Positions 32,383 to 36,468 of a DNA stretch of 36,468 nt are shown piece by piece. The notes under the pieces were generated by a model. The model was not told the origin of the DNA, searched no databases, and was given only the letters and a program-made list of their open reading frames with translations. Position numbers and translations under genes: made by a program. Positions within the stretch are counted from its first letter, which is position 1. Each line of letters begins with the position of its first letter. Where the stretch lies: the IMG/VR virus record IMGVR_UViG_3300046813_000065, positions 1 through 36,468 of that record, one strand, 5' to 3'. Source of the DNA: a virus (taxonomy: Duplodnaviria; Caudoviricetes).

Positions 32383-32982
32383 TCAGACGAACAGGCCCCC
32401 CTGCCTCGGCGCTGCTGTGATCCGTTGCCATACCGCTGACTGTGCCCGCTCAAGGTTGTCGGCCATGAGCCTGAGCCTGCCTGGATCGTCGCCAGCCAGT
32501 CCGATCGCTGTGTTGCAGTTGCTGTGGGCCAGGCCGCGGCGGCAGATGGCGCAGGATCTACCTGGGGGACAGTGTGTGTGGTCGTGATCAACGTGCAGCT
32601 GGCGATTGGTGGCGGGCAGCGGTTGTTCGCAGAGGTAGCACAGGCCCTTACTGGCGTTCCATATCCGTTCCCATTCACCGGCCGCAAGTCCATGCCGTGC
32701 GCTGTCCTGCTCTCTCCACCGCCGGTGTTTCTCGGGGTTGGCTTGCCTCCAGGCGGCGACTTCCTGCCTATGTCGCTCAGGGTTGGCCTGGTGACGCGCG
32801 CGGGCGCGGGCATTCTGGGCTTCGCGATTCGCTTGGAAGTAACGCTTGCTTCGCTCGCGGTCGTATGCCTTTCTGCTGACGCACTCCTTGCAGTGGGATA
32901 CGACACCGCTGGCCTTGCTCTTGTCCCGGTAGAAGCTGGTCAGCGGTTTACTCAGGCCGCAGCGCGGGCAGCGTTTCACCAT
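32383..32982 (-). CDS. Endonuclease VII-domain endonuclease
   Basis: KRCPRCGLSKPLTSFY...CKEC; CYLC...HVDHDHTHC...SCAICRRGLAHSNCNTAIG. Confidence 0.9.
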   Translation of the reverse strand: MVKRCPRCGLSKPLTSFYRDKSKASGVVSHCKECVSRKAYDRERSKRYFQANREAQNARARARHQANPERHRQEVAAWRQANPEKHRRWREQDSARHGLAAGEWERIWNASKGLCYLCEQPLPATNRQLHVDHDHTHCPPGRSCAICRRGLAHSNCNTAIGLAGDDPGRLRLMADNLERAQSAVWQRITAAPRQGGLFV

Positions 32983-33026
32983 TGGGTCCTTGGTATGTGT
33001 TCTGGATCTTTGGCGCTCTTGTTTGG

Positions 33027-33290
33027 TTAGCTGGTGATGAGCCGTGACCCGGTACCGGGCCCGGCCAGGCACCGCTGGCAGTGCGGCAGGGCGACGAACG
33101 CGACGCCGATGACGTTGCCGAGCGCGTCACTGATGTCGATCTTCGCTGGGGCGAGGGTTACCGCTTCGGCGACCTGCCTGGCTGGGTCAGCCTTCCGGGC
33201 CATGATGCACTGGTAGCACAGGCCGAGCGGGCCGGCCGCCCGCAACGGGGGCACCACGGTGACCGGGCCGGGCCGCGTTTCTTCGGTCAT
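33027..33290 (-). CDS. Hypothetical protein with two CxxC motifs
   Basis: CYQC and CQRC; ATGA coupling. Confidence 0.6.
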   Translation of the reverse strand: MTEETRPGPVTVVPPLRAAGPLGLCYQCIMARKADPARQVAEAVTLAPAKIDISDALGNVIGVAFVALPHCQRCLAGPGTGSRLITS

Positions 33291-33538
33291 CTCAGCCATC
33301 CGAATGTGAGATGGAGCAGCAGCCACCCGAACAGGAGGAGCAGCAGGACGCTGATGGCCCAGTGCAGCGGTGTCCACCGGGCGAGGTCCAGCGGGTGCGC
33401 GAGGTCGATGCCCTCGGCGCCCCAGATGGTGGCGCTGATCGTGTTGCGGGCGCCGGCGGCGGCCCAGTACACCTCGGGGATGATGATCGCGGCGAGGCAG
33501 CCGAGCCAGTACCAGCCCCATCCGGTGACATGCCTCAT
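33287..33538 (-). CDS. Two-TM membrane protein (lysis-cassette associated)
   Basis: WYWLGCLAAIIIPE...NTISATIW...LLLLLFGWLLLHL. Confidence 0.7.
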   Translation of the reverse strand: MRHVTGWGWYWLGCLAAIIIPEVYWAAAGARNTISATIWGAEGIDLAHPLDLARWTPLHWAISVLLLLLFGWLLLHLTFGWLR

Positions 33539-33699
33539 GATGTTCCCCTCTCAGCCGGCGGTGCAATGGGCTCATCATCCGGGTCATCCGCGGCGCAGGA
33601 CGCGCACCGCCAGCCCGGTACCCAGGTGACATCTCCCGCCGCCTCGTGGCCGCAGCCCGCGCAGCAGACGGGGACGCCGCCGGGTTCTTCCATGCTCAT
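33535..33699 (-). CDS. Small Cys-rich protein
   Basis: CCAGC...WRCASC; coupled on both sides. Confidence 0.5.
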   Translation of the reverse strand: MSMEEPGGVPVCCAGCGHEAAGDVTWVPGWRCASCAADDPDDEPIAPPAERGTS

Positions 33700-33878
33700 C
33701 GCGGCCTGTTCGGCGCGGCGTAGACGCCGGCCGCCGCGGCGAGGGCCACGGCGTCCTGCACCCACGGGTCACCGCCGTGCCCCGCCGCGGCGATGGTGAG
33801 AACCGCGCCGGCGACCGCGACGGCGAGCTTGCGGTGGCCCCGCAGCCACCCCGCCGCGCGGCCGCGCCAGCCGGTCAT
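33696..33878 (-). CDS. Holin-like protein (60 aa)
   Basis: RKLAVAVAGAVLTIAAAG...AVALAAAAGVYAAPN, an actinophage holin pattern; directly after the lysin. Confidence 0.75.
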   Translation of the reverse strand: MTGWRGRAAGWLRGHRKLAVAVAGAVLTIAAAGHGGDPWVQDAVALAAAAGVYAAPNRPR

Positions 33879-34711
33879 GGGCGGATGTCGGCGGGGCCGG
33901 AGATCTGCCGCGGCGCAGCCCACGTCCAGCCCGCGGCGCCGTGGCTGCCGGTGGTGACGTACAGGCACCCGTCAGTCCCGATCCCGGCAGCGACCCAGCC
34001 GGTCCCGTCGGCGGTAGGCGTGACGGACAGGATCTGGTGCCAGTGGCCGGGGAGATTCTGCATGGGCGGTCCCTCCAGAAGCGGGCGGGGCCACTGGCCG
34101 AAGTCCGGCGAGGTCCCCTCGTGCAGGTTGACGTCAGCACCGCCGATGGTGGTGGCACCGGACTGGTAGAGGACGGCGCGGCGGTCAAGCTGCTGCCCGG
34201 ACCATGCGCCGGTCTGCCAGCCCAGGACGGCGAGGCGGGCGTCGAGGACACGCTTGACGGCGTAGTACCCGCCGTACACGCCCACCCGGTACGAGGACGG
34301 CAACGCGGCCCTGGCGCCGCTGAAATAGCGTGCGACGGCGCCGAGCTTCGCCGCGGCGTTCCCTGGCGTGTCAGGCAGCGACGACGCGTAGTCCGGGACG
34401 TCGAAGTCAACCGCGAAATAACAGCAGGCCCTGGCGGGCGCGGCGAGCGCGGTGAGCTGCGCCCCGGCGAGCGCCCCGTCGAGCCGCCCCTGGGGCGCTC
34501 CCTCCAGGGGCGCGCGTTGCCCGTACTCGAAGACCACGCCGACGGCGACCCCGGCGGCGAGCAGCGCCCGGCACTCGGGGGGCAGGAGATTCTTCCCGAT
34601 GCTGGCATAGCCGGGTTCAGAGTCCCAGCCGAGGTAGCGCATCACCGCGGTGACACCGGCGGCCTTGAGCGCGGCGATGGACGGCCGCGCGGTGGAATAA
34701 TCGATGATCAT
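33875..34711 (-). CDS. Endolysin, DUF1906/Rv2525c-like GH25-type glycoside hydrolase
   Basis: DYS..RP...VMRYL...KNL...VVFE, YFAVDFD, VGVYGG and WQTGAWS motifs; GAGGAG RBS before ATG 34711. Confidence 0.88.
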   Translation of the reverse strand: MIIDYSTARPSIAALKAAGVTAVMRYLGWDSEPGYASIGKNLLPPECRALLAAGVAVGVVFEYGQRAPLEGAPQGRLDGALAGAQLTALAAPARACCYFAVDFDVPDYASSLPDTPGNAAAKLGAVARYFSGARAALPSSYRVGVYGGYYAVKRVLDARLAVLGWQTGAWSGQQLDRRAVLYQSGATTIGGADVNLHEGTSPDFGQWPRPLLEGPPMQNLPGHWHQILSVTPTADGTGWVAAGIGTDGCLYVTTGSHGAAGWTWAAPRQISGPADIRP

Positions 34712-34886
34712 CGCGTTTGCTCCTCTGGCGGATCCGCCCGTGCATGGCCTGCAGCCGGGCCAGGTCAGCGACGGTGTGACCATCCTCCAGCCAGGCCCGC
34801 AGGTCACCCATGTCGCACACCGCGTACAGCCCGCCCCGGCCCGGCCGCGCGGCACCTCTTTCGAGCCGGATCACGTGGGCGGTCAT
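34617..34886 (-). CDS. Hypothetical protein (true stop may be 34708)
   Basis: ATGA coupling upstream. One extra G at 34737-34739 would give ...ADPPEEQTR* with ATGA coupling to the lysin. Confidence 0.45.
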   Translation of the reverse strand: MTAHVIRLERGAARPGRGGLYAVCDMGDLRAWLEDGHTVADLARLQAMHGRIRQRSKRDDHRLFHRAAVHRRAQGRRCHRGDALPRLGL

Positions 34887-35161
34887 AGCGGCCCCCGGGC
34901 GCCGATGATCGCACGCCGGGCGGACTTGCCCGCGGCGCTGTTCTCACCGGCGATCCGCTTCCGTTCAAGGTCGACGGCCCGCGCAGCCTCGCGGCGGGCG
35001 TAATCCAGCGCGGCCGAGAGGATCGCGCCGACGGTGTCAGTATCGCGGCGCCGCCTGACCGGGGCCGGCAGCGGCGGGCCGACGGCGAAGATGTGCCGCA
35101 GCACGGCCCAGATCTCGGCCTCAAGGTGTTCCCGCGCTGCCGCCGGGCCGGCCCCGCTCAC
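34883..35161 (-). CDS. Hypothetical protein
   Basis: MSGAGPAAAREHLEAEIWAVLRHIF...; coupled on both sides. Confidence 0.55.
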   Translation of the reverse strand: MSGAGPAAAREHLEAEIWAVLRHIFAVGPPLPAPVRRRRDTDTVGAILSAALDYARREAARAVDLERKRIAGENSAAGKSARRAIIGARGPL

Positions 35162-35427
35162 GGCGCGGCCACCCGGATGCCCCGGCCGGTCCCGCACGTG
35201 ATGGCGTGGCCCTCCGGCAGCCAGCACATCCCGGGCCCGCCGCGGAGCGGCCTCCCGCAGCGGGGCCGCGTCAGCTTCCACAACCGGTCAAGCTCCACGG
35301 AACCACCGGAACCCCGGTACACATACGGCCGCACCGGCAGCCCGTTGCGGCGGCCACGGAAACGCCGCGCGCGCCTGGCGTCATAACTGACCGGTTCCCA
35401 GGATCCCTGGGCGGACGCGACGGTCAT
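35158..35427 (-). CDS. Hypothetical basic protein with C-x9-C-x5-H-x3-C motif
   Basis: RCGRPLRGGPGMCWLPEGHAITC; ATGA coupling. Confidence 0.55.
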   Translation of the reverse strand: MTVASAQGSWEPVSYDARRARRFRGRRNGLPVRPYVYRGSGGSVELDRLWKLTRPRCGRPLRGGPGMCWLPEGHAITCGTGRGIRVAAP

Positions 35428-35612
35428 GGTGTCACTTCGCCGGTGGTGACGGTGACAGGCTGGACCGTCCACCCGGCGGACCGTGCCCGGTCCACGATGG
35501 CGTCGACGATCTGCGACATGCCCAGCCCCGCGGCCTCGGCGAGGCCGCTGATATAGCCGTAGTTCTCAGCCGTGGTCCGCAACTGTATCTGCGCGTTACG
35601 CGGGCTAGCCAT
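35424..35612 (-). CDS. RHH-like DNA-binding protein, leaderless
   Basis: QIQLRTTAENYGYISGLAEAAGLGMSQIVDAIVDRAR. Confidence 0.65.
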   Translation of the reverse strand: MASPRNAQIQLRTTAENYGYISGLAEAAGLGMSQIVDAIVDRARSAGWTVQPVTVTTGEVTP

Positions 35613-35647
35613 AACGCCACGTTAGCGGATACCCGCCGACACGTCAA
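35613..35647 (-). promoter_or_regulatory. Near-consensus leaderless promoter of the lysis operon
   Basis: TTGACG(35647-35642)-N17-TAACGT(35624-35619)-N6-ATG35612. Confidence 0.8.
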
Positions 35648-35789
35648 ATATCACGCCGGAGCCGAGCACCTCACGTGCCCGGCGTGCCAGGAACCTCGCG
35701 GCGGTCCCGGCGAGCACGGCCGCCACCTCGCGCAGCAGCTCTGCCTGGCGCAGGGCCCCGATGCCGCCGGAGGGCGCGGCCGGGGTCAC
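35622..35789 (-). CDS. Small hypothetical protein (55 aa)
   Basis: GTGA coupling; ends at the TAA that forms part of the -10 element. Confidence 0.45.
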   Translation of the reverse strand: MTPAAPSGGIGALRQAELLREVAAVLAGTAARFLARRAREVLGSGVIFDVSAGIR

Positions 35790-36124
35790 CACGGGATCCC
35801 CGTGTGCCGGTCAGCGGGCGCGGCGGGCTCCGGTGGCCCGCTTGCGATCGCGGCTTCGAGCGCGGCGCGGGCCATTGCGGCGCCGTCCCGCGTGGCCTGC
35901 GCCGCGATGGCCTTGGCGCGATGCCGCGGGTCGCGGGTGGCGTCGGTGATCGCCCACGGGCTGGAGTCCTCGTCGGCGACCAGGGCTGCCACCTCGCGGG
36001 CGATCCGGCCCGGTGGCCAGCCCGCGAACTGGGCGGCCTGCAGGGCGCCGTCGATGGCGGCGCGGTCCCAGTCCGGCCGCCACGTGGCGGCCCACTCGGC
36101 GAGGGCGGCGAAGTCGGCGTTCAC
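35786..36124 (-). CDS. Hypothetical protein resembling the Rep C-terminal domain
   Basis: WRPDWDRAAIDGAL...ALVADEDSSP; GTGA coupling to the rep stop. Confidence 0.7.
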   Translation of the reverse strand: MNADFAALAEWAATWRPDWDRAAIDGALQAAQFAGWPPGRIAREVAALVADEDSSPWAITDATRDPRHRAKAIAAQATRDGAAMARAALEAAIASGPPEPAAPADRHTGIPW

Positions 36125-36468
36125 GCGGACCTCACCAGCGACGGGTGGCAGATGGGGCAGCGGGCGGCGCGGCGGTCGTCAAGCTCCACCAGCCGGTTCG
36201 GGCCGCACTTGCCGCACCACTCGGGCGCGGGAGCTAACTGGGGCGTAGCCGCCGCGTGCCACCACGGGCCGTCATGCGCCAGTCGGCCAGGCTGCCCGGT
36301 CGCCTTGTCGGCGGCGACGGCGAGCGCGGCGGCGCGGACGATCGGCCAGGGCCGTTCAGTCACACGGGGGTCGTTTAGGGCGCGGAGGATCGAGGCCGTC
36401 GACCAGTCGGGCCGGATGGCGCGGCCCTCGGCGGCGTGGTCCGCGCCAGGCCCGGAGCCGCCCGACTC
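36121..36468 (-). CDS. Replication initiator, C-terminal part with Zn ribbon
   Basis: Open frame from the contig end: SGGSGPGAD...AIRPDWSTASILRAL...PEWCGKCG...RCPICHP*. Merged length is 1029 nt, which is divisible by 3. Confidence 0.8.
   Translation of the reverse strand, partial: ESGGSGPGADHAAEGRAIRPDWSTASILRALNDPRVTERPWPIVRAAALAVAADKATGQPGRLAHDGPWWHAAATPQLAPAPEWCGKCGPNRLVELDDRRAARCPICHPSLVRSA

Noticed and set aside
36432-36468. Biological terminal direct repeat or att site
   Set aside because: It falls mid-gene and merging restores the rep frame, so it is an assembly overlap.
1-36468. tRNA, rRNA, integrase, transposase, group I/II intron or intein
   Set aside because: No cloverleaf, catalytic motifs or interrupted core genes were seen by eye. 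tRNAscan/Infernal/HMM runs would be needed to exclude them formally.

Overview
The window looks like an essentially complete, circularly permuted genome (~36.43 kb) of a high-GC tailed dsDNA phage, most likely of an actinobacterium. The last 37 nt overlap the first 37 nt (33/37 identical). Merging that overlap restores one in-frame 342-aa replication-initiator gene carrying seven 12-bp iteron-like repeats. Modules: (i) an early/replication operon on the minus strand (YqaJ/RecE exonuclease, RecT, RusA, a broken PAPS-reductase-like remnant, beta-clamp-like protein, DUF5131, C5 DNA methyltransferase, Rep); (ii) two paralogous Cro/Xre HTH genes, each at a back-to-back pair of leaderless promoters; (iii) an accessory block (DUF6948-like protein plus a (Gly-X)n protein, an operator-controlled RHH cassette, a moron-like gene); (iv) an HK97-type head and short siphovirus-like tail operon on the minus strand, with a -1 frameshift chaperone; (v) terS-terL-HNH transcribed away from the portal; (vi) an RHH-led operon with a DUF1906/GH25-like lysin and holin. 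There are two free-standing endonuclease VII genes. I found no integrase, ParA/B, polymerase, tRNA, CRISPR or reverse transcriptase. The most notable unexplained signals are: seven predicted leaderless promoters, including one that starts a 13-aa leader ORF; AT-rich recoded patches in the capsid and portal genes; a perfect 24-bp palindrome that makes two convergent proteins both end in YPI*; the DUF6948/(GX)n pair; and a shortened Tad1/Acb2-like gene just before the portal. All family names come from motif recognition by eye, not from database searches.
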